Position numbers and translations under genes: made by a program
Shown here: in pieces, positions 48,556-61,000 of the stretch
How positions within the stretch are numbered: position 1 is the stretch's first letter
Layout: every line of letters begins with the position of its first letter
NCBI RefSeq assembly: GCF_036588685.1
Contig: NC_086381.1
Coordinates: forward strand, 73,222,001-73,286,000
Length of the DNA: 64,000 nucleotides
Source of the DNA: Mytilus trossulus
Lineage: Eukaryota
Reading direction: 5' to 3'
Notes under the pieces: generated by a model
The model's input: only the letters and a program-made list of their open reading frames with translations
Told to the model about the DNA's origin: nothing
The model's database searches: none

Positions 48556-49630
48556 AACAAGAGTGCATACACTGAAATGTCTCACCTTCTTTGCTAATCA
48601 TTGATATAATGTTGATAGTCCTAAGTATAAAGCTTAATTACAACTGTCACATAAACTTAACATTAACCAAGATAGCTAAAATCAGACCAATGAACCATGA
48701 ATATGAGGTCAAGGTCAGATGAACCATCCCAGGCAGACATGTACAGCTAATGCTTCCATACAACAAATATAGTTGACCTATTACTTATAGTTTAAGAAAA
48801 AATAGACCAAAACACAAAAACTTAACACTGTGCAATGAACCGTGAAATTGAGGTCATGGTCAAATAAAACCTGCGGGACTGACATGTAGATCATAAAATA
48901 TTTTCATACACCAAATATAGTTGACCTTTTGGCATCTTATATTAGATTAAAAGACCAAAACTCAAAAACTTAACTTTGACCACTGAACCATGAAAATGAG
49001 GTCAAGGTCAGATGACATCTGCCCACTAAACATGTACACCTTACAATCATTCCATGCAACAAATATAGTAGACCTATTGCATAAAGTATGAGAAAAACAG
49101 ACCAAAACACAAAAACTTAACTATAACCACTGAACCATGAAAATGAGGTCAAGGTCAGATGACACCTGCCAGTTGGACATGTACACCTTACAGTCCTTCC
49201 ATACACTGAATATACTAGCCCTATTGCTTATAGTATCTGAGATATGGACTTGACCACCAAACTTAACCTTGTTCACTGATCCATGAAATGAGGTCGAGGT
49301 CAAGTGAAAACTGTGACGGGCATGAGGACCTTGCAAGGTACGCACATACCAAATATAGTTATAACTTATAATAAGAGAGAATTCAACATTACAAAAAATC
49401 TGAACTTTTTTTTCAAGTGGTCACTGAACCATGAAAATGAGGTCAAGGACATTTGACATGTGGCTGCCCGAAACTTCGTAACATGAGGCATCTTTATACA
49501 AAGAATGAAGCATCCAGGTCTTCCACCTTCTAAAATATAAAGCTTTTAAGAAGTTAGCTAACGCCCCTGCCGTATGATCACTATCCCTATGTCGAGCTTT
49601 CTGCAACAAAAGTTGCAGGCTCGACAAAAA
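48556..49630. mobile_element. HINE-like element with ~146-bp internal tandem repeats
   Basis: Starts aacaagag..., carries ccatgaaaatgaggtcaaggtcagatga units, and ends with the inverted pair tgtcgagc-tttctgcaacaaaagttgca-ggctcgaca followed by aaaa. A truncated reverse copy lies at ~48220-48420. Confidence 0.8.
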
Positions 49631-50539
49631 CAGATATGGAGACCTAATTACCGACTATACAAACACATGACCAGATCACAACATCATTTAAAGTACAATA
49701 GAACCTACTACAAAAGTCATCTTGTAACCTCTATTTAGCAACAACTGTGGCTTTTTGCTCTGATGTAATAATACTTATGCATTAACACAATTCAAAAGTA
49801 GCCTTCATTATATGTTAAAAGGAGAATGTGGTATGATTGCTATTGATATAAATTTGTTTTGAAGTAGTAATACTTATGCATTTTAACACAATTCAAAAGT
49901 TTCCTTCATAATATGTTAAAAGAAGATGTGGTATAATTGCTAATGAGAAAACTCTTCACAAGAAACCAAATGACACAGAAATTAACAGCTATAGGTCACT
50001 GTATGGCCTACAACAATGAGCATAGCCCATACCACATATGGTAAGATTTAGTTAGTTCCAAAGGTACCTTCTATGCAGGTTTGAAGCCTGAATTCTGTTT
50101 AAAGGAGTAAAGTGATTAATTTGGGATAAAACAAGCATTCAGGCAGTATTGCATGGCAATACATACTCCCCTATTGGTTAAAAATTAATTGTACTGGAAC
50201 AACATGCTAACTTGTCATGGTGTTAACTTTTTTTTAAAATATCAAAACAATATCTACAAGCATGACAAAAAAAGTGTGGAAAACTGATTATTTGAAGGAA
50301 TTGTCCAAGGACCATAACTCTGCACAAAATTATCAGACTGATACAAAATTCAAACTTGATCTGTAACTTGTTATGATAAAGCAATATCCCAAATGTCAAA
50401 TTAATATTTTCAAGCATGAAGAAATAATGGGTAGAAAACGGATTTGCTGGACAGACAGACAGAGTGCAAACTTGGTTGGTAGGGGACTAATAAAATAGTT
50501 AAAATAACTTTACAATCAATTAACACAACAATTGTCACT

Positions 50540-51906
50540 AGAGGGTCCCTTTCAGGACCAGTGTCCATACTGGATTTGTTAGACTGGTGTCCAAGGATAC
50601 AGTTAGCATCCTTTTATTTTTCATGTCTTCATATAAAATGTGGACAGTGTACAACTTGCCAATTATGTTCACAAAAAACAGTCTAAAGGATTCTTTGGGA
50701 GGATGTTTGTAATTTGTTGCTTTTTTGCATTCTATAACAGGTTGTTACTCATCATCTAGGCTTTTTGGAATATGCTAAGGACTTCCATTCAAAAAACTTA
50801 ATCACAAATATCAAGACCAAGGCTTCATTAAGGCAGATACCATCTAAGCAGGAGAAGGAGCGCTAACATGTTTATATGGAGGAATTGACATTTTTGTCTG
50901 GAGAAAATTAAAATCCATAGTAATTACTGGAAACACATTGGTTCAGGTGAAAAGTTTACCACCAACATCAGATTCTGGGCAATTTCATAGTCTTCGAGTG
51001 TATTATCAGAAGAAGTTGACATACATCCTACAGATTATGGTTGGGAAATCAAAAATGGAAAATTTTATCAAATTTTGATGGCACTTCCACAGACCTGATA
51101 AGCTTCTTAACATTAGTAGATGCAACTATAAACAAAACTGACACCAAACCATGAGTCTGTTGAAATAATGGTTTCTGAAAAATATGAATAGCAGTTTTTT
51201 CCTGTTTTTGACAATTTTTAGACAAATATAGCTGTTTTCACCTAAAATAAGTTATTTTATTATTTGTTTTACAATGCATTTTGTTTGATCTAATCTTAAT
51301 TATATAAAGATTTCCATTTTTTTTATCTTAGAGTGATTCAAAAGCAGTTTAAACTCCAAATTGGTGCTTTTCCAGTTTTTTACGATTTTTGATTGATTTT
51401 GCTATATTTTACCCAAAATCATCATTTTCACAATAAGGAATTGCTATAAAATTTTGGAATGATTAAAATAATGGTGTTTGTCTTTATTGAAAAATTAAAT
51501 GAACTACTTTTACCATTTTTTATCTTTTTCCTGTCTGTTTTGGTAATCAATTCACGCTATGTAAATCTCAAATTCCAACAAAAATCGGATGTTTTCACCT
51601 AAAATTCCATGTCTATTAAAATACATCTATTTTTTTATTATTTTATTTCATAAACACTGTATAAACTGTTGTAAAACTTTTGATTGAAAATTATTATCAT
51701 CAAAAATGAATGTTTAACAAGCTTTTCCCAGTTTTTAGCTATTTTTGACAAATTTTGATATGTTTCACCCCAAAAAATCCATGTTCCCACTAAGATATCT
51801 TGGTAGACTTTTAGTATGTTATAAAGAAAGCCATTTGGAATCGAAAAATACAAAAACAAATTCTATTGCAATTTTTTGGAGGTCAAATGCTATTTTGACT
51901 AGACTA
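50540..51906 (+). mobile_element. Decayed Academ-type DNA transposon, 3' part
   Basis: Broken reading frames give HSITGCYSSSRLFG (50728; XPG/H3TH-like HAxTGCDxxSxxFG), LPPTSDSGQFHSLRVYYQ (50956), PTDYGW and a Cys-rich remnant. The terminus ttttgactagacta reads TAGTCTAGTCAAAA on the minus strand. Superfamily assigned from motif recall. Confidence 0.6.
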
Positions 51907-52006
51907 TAACTATCCAAATTTGACTATCCATGAGGGTCTTCCACAGATTACATGCATGATATATTAATGAGGAGAATGAAATTTCATGTTTAAAAAGGTA
52001 GTTGAT

Positions 52007-53024
52007 CCGGGGCGGATTTAGGCGGGGGCGTGGCGGGCGTGTGCCCCCCCTAAAATTTGCAAAGCATGGGTTGACTTCAACATATTTAAGTATCAGAAGA
52101 GACCATTCAATCTTTTTTTAACATTCAAAGTATGTAAAACAGTCAGTTTAACAGAATCGACGTGATTACTAATCAACTGACCTACGCTTTATTAAAGTTC
52201 TATAAATAATTTCAAAGGAAGGTGTCAAACGCGGAGCTGAGTTTGATGTCAAATACAATAGTTTTTTAGCAGTTAAAGTAAAAACAAATGTTACATTGTA
52301 TTTGCGGTTTTTATAATCCATTTGTTTGATAATCGAAGTTACAAAACATCCCTTACTCACTTTCACAATTTCATCAATGATTCATGACATGGTCAATAAA
52401 ATATTCGGCAGGTGAAATTCTTTTATAATTTCCGTAATGAAAGATAGAAATACTGTTTCAAGCGAAAGGTTAGTTTATTAATTTGTATCTCTGTGTCTTT
52501 ATTTATTTCTCACTGTTTGCAACCTTAATATTTAGCCTAATTCTGTACCGTATTACTGTATGCTTGGGATCCCAAGAAAATAAATATAACTGCGTAAATG
52601 TATCTCATTCTGGTTTTAGTTGTTTGTAGCGAACATGACCTCCAAAAATCAAAAAAGTAAAACCAGATAGTATGAAAGGACAATTTAAAATCGCTGGTTT
52701 AAATAGAACTTTTCGTTTGTAAAATTTATTGGTCAGGTGAGTAATTGTGATCTGTCTCGTCTCACTTTGCGTCCGTCTGTCCGCCCGTCTATCTGTAGAT
52801 TGTTGTCAGGTGTGGATTAATGCGGTTTCAGCTTGAATTTTTAATTCCTCGCTAATTTTAACAAACAACAGTTCGAGATATCTAGATTTCACCACTTTAG
52901 AAGAATATTTCAATAATTTTACCAATAAAACCTCCAAAATTTTTCGCCTCGCTCCACTCGGCCAAAATTTTAATTTGCGCCCCCCCCTCTCCCCGCCTAA
53001 CTGGAAATCCTGGATCCGCCCCTG
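52007..53024. mobile_element. ~1-kb non-autonomous TIR element with 5-bp TSD (hAT5-like)
   Basis: Termini CCGGGGCGGATTTAGG and CCTGGATCCGCCCCTG, with TTGAT on both flanks (52002-52006, 53025-53029). Confidence 0.8.
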
Positions 53025-54259
53025 TTGATGATTTTTTAATAATCACACAGAGGTAGAACACCGTAGAAAATCTTTTTGAGATAGACCATGTGCGATCATA
53101 ATTTGAATTTATTGTCTATAAGAATTTCACTTGAAAATAACTCAGTTACTTTAAATTCACCTTTGCTATCCATTTTCACACTTTTTAAAAGGGAAATAAG
53201 GTTTTGATGAAAACAAACCTTTAAGAGCAGGAGAGTTTGTTAATTGATGAAATTAAACGAATAAAACCATCATAGAAAGTAACAGACATGAAAAATACAA
53301 ATGAAAATCAAAGTATCATAAAACAATATTTTTATTAACAATAAAAACTTTGGCTTGTTCCATTAAATTCAGTATACTATTCAAAGAATGGATGTAAAAT
53401 AAAGCGAAATACTATATTACAAAGCCTACTACAAGCCAGGAACAGCTCTTACAAAATATCTAACAACAGCTGATCAATTAATACCACATATATAAAATCA
53501 TAGACTTATATATACATATATATACAAATAAATAAACATATAATCACAAATAATAAAATATAATGAAATGATTTGTTTAGTAAATATACAACATTATGCA
53601 AAAATATGATAATTGTAATATATTTAGTTTCTTAGAACATATTTCTTATATCAAAAAGAATATTGCAGTTGCAATTTTGTTTTTAATTACCCATTCAAAA
53701 CAGATACATGCAATTTCCAACCAAAATTAAGACTATTTGAATGTTACAGGCATGTAACTTGTTAAATTTTTGCAAAGTTTAAACATTTTTCTTGTCATTT
53801 TTTGAAATTATATTTGAATTTTAATTTTTCATGTTATGTCTCTAACCAAAGCACCCAAGGGAGACAATTTGACTTCTGGTCTGTATGTGTCCAATCAGGG
53901 GAGGCTATTTTTAAATTTCAAAATGTAATTTTGGTTTCGATAGAAAACAGGATTCCCAAAAATATTAAATATGAAATATAAAAAATTATAATTATATTGC
54001 ACTAAAATCTACACATACAAGATTATTAAAATCAGCTTTACTATTGGACACCTTTGAAAGTCATAAAGAAACTTTTATCTTTATTAGATGTTCAGCAATA
54101 AAACAGCATAAAATATTTTATAAAATAGATTGTCACATTATTTCCTATAAGATCATTACATCTCAACATTAACAATGATATCATTCATTTATCATTAAAA
54201 CTTATATGATTCTTTAAGTATACAATAATTTAAGATAATGATAAAAATAGAATACACAT

Positions 54260-54672
54260 AGCTTATGGACTAGAAAACTTAAGCAGCTTACGGAATAGAA
54301 AACACATAAAGCTTATGGAGTAGAAAACTAAAGCAGCTCATGGAATAGAAAACATATGAAGCTTATGGAGTAGAAAACTAAAGCAGTTCATGGAATAGAA
54401 AACATATGAAGCTTATGGAGTAGAAAACTAAAGCAGCTTATGGAATAGAAAACACACGAAGCTTATGGAATAGAAAACACACGAAGCTTATGGAAGAGAA
54501 AACACATGAAGCTTATGGAGTAGAAAATGCATGCAGCTTATGGAATCGAAAAAAAACCATGTATCATATGGAGTTGAAAACACATGAAGCTTATGCAGTA
54601 GCAAAAACATATAGCTTATGAAGTAGAAAAATACATGTAGCTTATAGAGTGAAAACACATGTATCCTATGGA
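54260..54672. repeat. Degenerate 24-25-bp minisatellite (~16 copies) in the probable syntaxin 3' UTR
   Basis: Unit gcttatgga(g/a)tagaaaac(acatg/taaagc)a. It begins about 110 nt downstream of the stop codon on the minus strand. Confidence 0.85.
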
Positions 54673-54778
54673 TGTTATAATCATTTCAGAACAATTATAT
54701 GAATGGTTATAAATGTAGATGTACATTTACAACAATATCTGATTTAGGAATTAAAATTACGTTCAAGGAATGAAAACA

Positions 54779-54999
54779 TTATTTGGTTGCTAAGATGATA
54801 ATTAATGTTATAATGGCTGCTACTATAAGTAATATAATAAGTAGACAACACATCTTCTTCCTTGATTTCCTCTGAAAATAGAAAGAAAGAATTAATAGCG
54901 GGTGGTTACTTAAAAATTCTCATAATAAGGCTCTTTGCATCAATGTGGTATTTTGTAGCCTCAAATTGAATGCACTTCCTTTGACAAACCAGATAGATT

Positions 55000-55032
<33 letters not shown>

Positions 55033-58000
55033 ATTGATTGATTGAAGAATGTTTAACACCATTTCACTATATCACTATGAAATAAGAAATAGTGAAAGAG
55101 ATTATCTTTTCTGTGTTATAATTGTTTTTTTTGTCTCATTTTGAAAATAAGTTGAAGGTGAGACTGCCATAACATTATGTATAACCATTATTTTTCATCA
55201 ACAGCAAATTCACCATTTTTTTAATCTATAAAAAGACTGAACCCAAGAATAGAGAAAGTGATGCCACCCATATTCAAACTTAATCTGTGTTTGATGGTAA
55301 TAAGCATTGTATATAAGTATCAGAACATTTCTTTGTGGCAAAGTAAAGAAGCTGTGTGGAAACGACAATTGTTCTATATACAAAAATGAAATAAGTTAAG
55401 TACATTGGAAGTGACACCACCAAAGTTCAAATTTGATCCTTTTGTTTACTGGTTTTATGCATTTCTAATCAATAGCATTATGTTTGAGACAAACTAAAGA
55501 AGATCATTATGGGATCGATCACTGTAGTACTTGATGCGTACCAAGTATTTTTTATATCTGCAGGTAAATTCTGCATATTTTTTGGAAAATATCAACTATT
55601 TAAGAATTGAATGCTTCTTTTTGTAACTTCATTGGGGTGTAAAAGCGTTAATTTTGTATGAGGGCAGAAGTGCTTCATTCTAAAAATGTGTGCACTGTCA
55701 ATGCTTTAACAATCCTGTGAAGTTACAAAAGGAAGCATTCAATATTTATAAAATTATTTTTTACCAAGGATCATGATAACACAATTTTTATCAAGTTTTT
55801 ATTTAATTTACCTGTGCACTTTACTGTCTGACCTTGTGTCATCATGAATGATAAATTCTATTGTGTTATGAAGTTGGTTTAGGAATAAAGTGAGATAGCA
55901 GTGTAGCCAATCAGAATACCGTGTTATAATGAAACATATATCTAATGTAATTATAAAAACTTGAAAAAAAGAATGTTACTACAGGACTACTACCCTTTAT
56001 TCTTTGATCTAAACTGATAATACATGTAGTGATAGTCTGCAGCTTCCCTGAGGCCTAAATTAATATATTGTTTGTTTCCCCAATCCCAACCCTGCCAAGC
56101 CAGGTGTGGGTAGGTAGGTAGGGAAATAATTTTATTTTTTCCTAAAAGCTGGCGCAATGCGGGTTGATCTGGTAAGCATAAAAATTGGAAATGAATAAAA
56201 TAATATTTGACTAAGTTTGGACAATAAAATTTTATGAGTATAGAAGGTCGGTTGGGATTAGGGAAACAAACAATATTTTATTTTAGGCCTGACTGAGATA
56301 TTTCTTCTTCTACACTAATATGAGTTATCTCCCCCTTACCTGATAGTCTGCAGCTTTGCCTTACTGAGATGTTCCTTGTTCTACACTACTATGACTTATC
56401 TCCCCCTTACCTGATAGTCTGCAGCTTTGCCTTACTGAGATGTTTCTTGTTCTACACTAATATGACTTATCTCCCCCTTACCTGATAGTCTGCAGCTTTG
56501 CCTTACTGAGATGTTCCTTGTTCTACACTAATATGACTTATCTCCCCCTTACCTGATAGTCTGCAGCTTTGCCTTACTGAGATGTTTCTTGTTCTACACT
56601 AATATGACTTATCTCCCCCTTACCTGATAGTCTGCAGCTTTGCCTAACTGAGATGTTCCTTGTTCTACATTACTATGAGTTATCTCCCCTTACCTGATAA
56701 TCTGCAGCTTTGCCTAACTGAGATGTTCCTTGTTCTACATTACTATACGCTTGTTCAACATTTGCCTCTATAGAATCTGTAATAGAGTTAAATAGTTTTA
56801 TTCCGAACCCTCTGGCTCCAAGCATTTTTCAAATATTTTATCAGTGTTAACAATTGTTTTTAAATGTCTTGCAAACATTTCAGATTAACATTGTACTTAA
56901 TCTTGGACTCACATATGCAATTTATGATTATGTCCACATCTTTAGTTTATCATGAATGTATGTATTTTTAATTGTAGGTTTGGACATTTTGACTTGACAC
57001 AAAACACATGAAAATTCAAATTTGTATCATAGGAATACCTATTTGTCCCCCTTGCTCATGAATTAATGCTCCCAGGTCTCTGAATATCTCATTCACATCA
57101 AGAATGTCTCCCTGAAATAAAAAAAAAAGTTTGATGTTAGCAGAGACCACACATGCAGACATTAATAAGAAACAATAGTTCTTAACCAAAAAGATTCAGA
57201 TTAAAAAAAAATAATTGAAAAAGATTAATAAGTCTAGGTATTCCCTCCAAAAGTTGTGGGAAAAGTCTGAGGAACAGTGCTTTAAGATTTAGTGATATTT
57301 ACTTCTAATTGTCTAATTCTTTCTTCCCTATCCTGTATCAATGCTAGATCATCCTCTATCACTTGTTCCTGAGCCTGCATCTCCTCTCTCCGTCTTTCTT
57401 GCTCAACAAACGGAGATTTATCATCATCTTCATCCTATAATACATCTTATATCATAAAAATATATCACTCAACAAATTACCTCAAAGAAACAATTTATAT
57501 TTCATCCCTTGATCTAAGAATCACAAGCAGTTGCATTTTAGGGAGGGGGAGGGAGCATAAAGGATTAGCAGTCACTCTTTTGATTTAAAAAAAAAAATGA
57601 TTTTATGACATAGTAGTCCAAATATTTTTGTGTATGCATTAAGTTTTAAAGAATAATGCCCTTTTTCAAAACATCCTGGATCCTTACCTGATTAAATATG
57701 CTATGTGTAAAAAATGTTGAGGTCCTTAAAATATTTTAAGATATATATGAATAGGCAAGTGGGTAACAAGTTTATATGAAAGTGTGAGTGAGTGAATAAG
57801 ATAATGTACCATTAAAGCCTAAATTTGAAACATACAGTTATAAAATATTTTCCATAACATTTTTCACTTCTAATTTGTTCATAGCACAAATGAACATACA
57901 TGTACTGCACAATCTTAGGAATGAAATAAGGCCAGGATTTTTAATTTGTTGGTTTACGGATCCGTCGACCCGATTTTGCCGATTCCTAGAATAAAAATAA

Positions 58001-61000
58001 AATTGACTTTTCATGCTTTTTTATTCCCGCCGACCCAAACAAATACATTATCCCTGAAAAATAATTAAATTCTTTTTTTTATGAAATGAAATGCATGAAT
58101 TACTAACAAAATTGATAACGCTCTCTGTTGTGAAAAAAAAAAACTTCCAGTTTACGTTTCTAAAAATAGACAAATCAATTATAACTGACCTTGAATTGTC
58201 GTTTACGCAAATAATTTTGCGGAATGAAATCTGTGTTTAAAACCTATTACACAATAAGTTCGTTTCCTTATTTGTCATCAGTCTGTAAGATGCATAATCT
58301 CATAGAAATAGACTTGTCCAAATGTGGACAGGTGGAAAGCACCTTCGAAGTAAAAGTTCTGAATATCAACAAGTTATTTAGAATTTTCTTGTTTCATGGA
58401 TAATAAAAAAAATTCGTCCATTTGGATTAAAAACGGGAATGCATGACACTAGATTAACCCAATATTCTCGTTTTTTCGTGGAAGAGTCTATTACGTTTTT
58501 GACACGTGTGTTGAAACTTATTTTCTTTTCGTATGACGTTTTTTTACATTTTTTCTTTATCAGTTTTCGTTTTTGGAGATCATTACTCACCAAGTTTTCT
58601 GGAATTGATTAAGAGCTACGCGAATGTTTGTGAACACTCCCCCCCCCCTTTTTTACGGCAAATCATTGCGATATTTATGATTGACAGCTGAGCAAGAATA
58701 TTTCATCGAACTAAAATTTGAAATGATGACAAAATAGCATAAATACATTTTGATTGAAAGGTGAAATGTATATTTATTTTGCTTTTTTTTCTGTCTTGAA
58801 AGTTTTTTTTTTTCTTTTTTTTTCCCGACCGACCGACCCGACTTTTTCATTTGGAAAATCCGTAAACCAACAAATTAAAAAACCATGGCCTAAGACTCAC
58901 CAACCATCCTGCTGAAGATTTTGGTTTCTTTTCACTTAATTTTGTTGTTTGTTTAACTTTTTCAGCTGCTTTCTGTAATATAAGAAAAGAAAAAAACAAA
59001 TTCAAAATAAGAATTAGTTTAAAGTTCTAGACACAAGGGATTTGGTTTTCAAGGTTTTATTTCAATACAGACAATCACATTCTGAAATTGAAATTCTGAA
59101 TCTTTGAATAGCTGAGAAGACCATTCACTTTTACAGAGACAAACATATCAATCACTTTTAAGAAGAAACATACCACCTTCTTAATAGAACTGTGTGTAAA
59201 CAAATTAACCAAATATGATGTGGTCTATGTGTAGATCACGATTCTATATCAGTGTGACTAAAAGTGAGATCAGACAGACCTTTATTCCTTTTGCTAATGA
59301 TATTAAGTGACAAAAGACAAATAACGAGTCCATCATGTTTGAAATTTTGCTCACACATTTGTTTTTAAAAGGTTTGATTGTTTGGATTTTGGTTTGAAAC
59401 ATTTAGAAAAACCCACAATTTGGTCATGTTGCGATTAAATGACCAAATAAAAGGTTCTAACTGTTGTAAAGATTTTTTTTGCCAAAAACCCAGATTTCCT
59501 TTAAGATTGCATTTCAAATTCAACAGTCTTTCATCCCTGTCTGTAGAGCCAACTATTAGATTTTTTGTTAATTTGTTCTAGTCCTGAAAATGCATCAAAT
59601 ATTTGCCACTGGTCATAAAAAAAACATCAATCAATTTTGAGAAAAGCTTACCTTTTGTAATGATGAAAATCTCTGTACTGAATCTTGAAAATCACTTTTT
59701 AATCTGTCGATCTGTAATTTCTGTGACTGTAAAATCAGAGGATTTAAAAGTTAACCAAATGCATGAAATTTTACCATAATTCTTATTTGAATTCTATGTT
59801 GGTCATTGCTAGTAGTTAGTTAACAATTTATATAGGCATTGGATGTTGTAATGGATGCGTAGTTTATTATTGCAGTTTTAACATCTTAACAAAATATGAA
59901 AGCTGTTTTTTGCTCTTTGGTCTGGTTGTTAACTCTTGGACATTCTTTGTTTTCATTCTGAATTTTAAATTTATCATTAGATTGATATCAATTAAAGAGT
60001 GTGAGGATGTACCTAAAATCATAATCTTTCTACAACCACAAAATTTCAATCTTCCATCTACGTCTGGTCCCCTTGACAATTTGGGTGTCAACCATACTGT
60101 TTATTATTTACATGGTTAAGTTTCCTCGTTTTTCCCTATTGAGTTTACACCACTTTTTGAGATAATCTCTTTTCTTCCAAGCATAATTTGCACTCATTGC
60201 TCAGTTTGTAAATTAAATATTGAATGAAATAATTATTACCCTATCAAGACCTTTAATGCCAGCCACTTTTTTCATTAACTTTGTTGTGTCGACTACAATT
60301 CTGTTTGTACTCTGTGACGTGTCATGGCTAGATAAGAAAATAATATATTAACAGTCAATTATCAAATGTTATAAGTAAAAAGAATGGGATAATTTTCAGC
60401 ACATGTATGCCTAATATTTATTTAGAAATTTAATAAGCATACATATTAATTTCAAAGGAAAGTAATAAATATTTCAGACCAGGGAAATATTTGAAACTTT
60501 CTTAAAAGTCTAAGACTTTGTTGAATATCCTGCTAGAGTGGGGCGCCCATATTCGCCGGGGACACAATTTCGCCATTTTATGATTTAGAGGTGTAAAAAC
60601 TTCAAAGGATGGCTGAAATGGAAGACACATACTGGTAAATGATATTATATAACAAATATGATTATTTTTTAAAACTGAGACAAAATTGAACCTACTGAAT
60701 AGGACCGAAAAACAAACAATTTCGGCCAATTTCCTGAAAAAAAACACGAATTCAAAGCAGTATTTCTAAGTAGTTCTTAGACTGAATGCCCTAAATTTCA
60801 GTTCTTAACACCTTTGAAATGTCTGCTATTCATCTAGAATGAAATTGATTTGATTAATGTTGTTTAAAGCTGCGGTTATTTGGTTTTAAATAGATGTGAA
60901 AAAAATCAGGAAATTTCAAACACCCTTTAACCGATCTTTTCAGATGATTAGATTCAAACAAACACGTTTTCAAGCTTAAGAATATTTTGCATTTGAAGTT

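Noticed and set aside
57528-57690. Third hAT5-like MITE ending catcctggatccttacctg
   Set aside because: The termini are too degenerate and there is no matching TSD.
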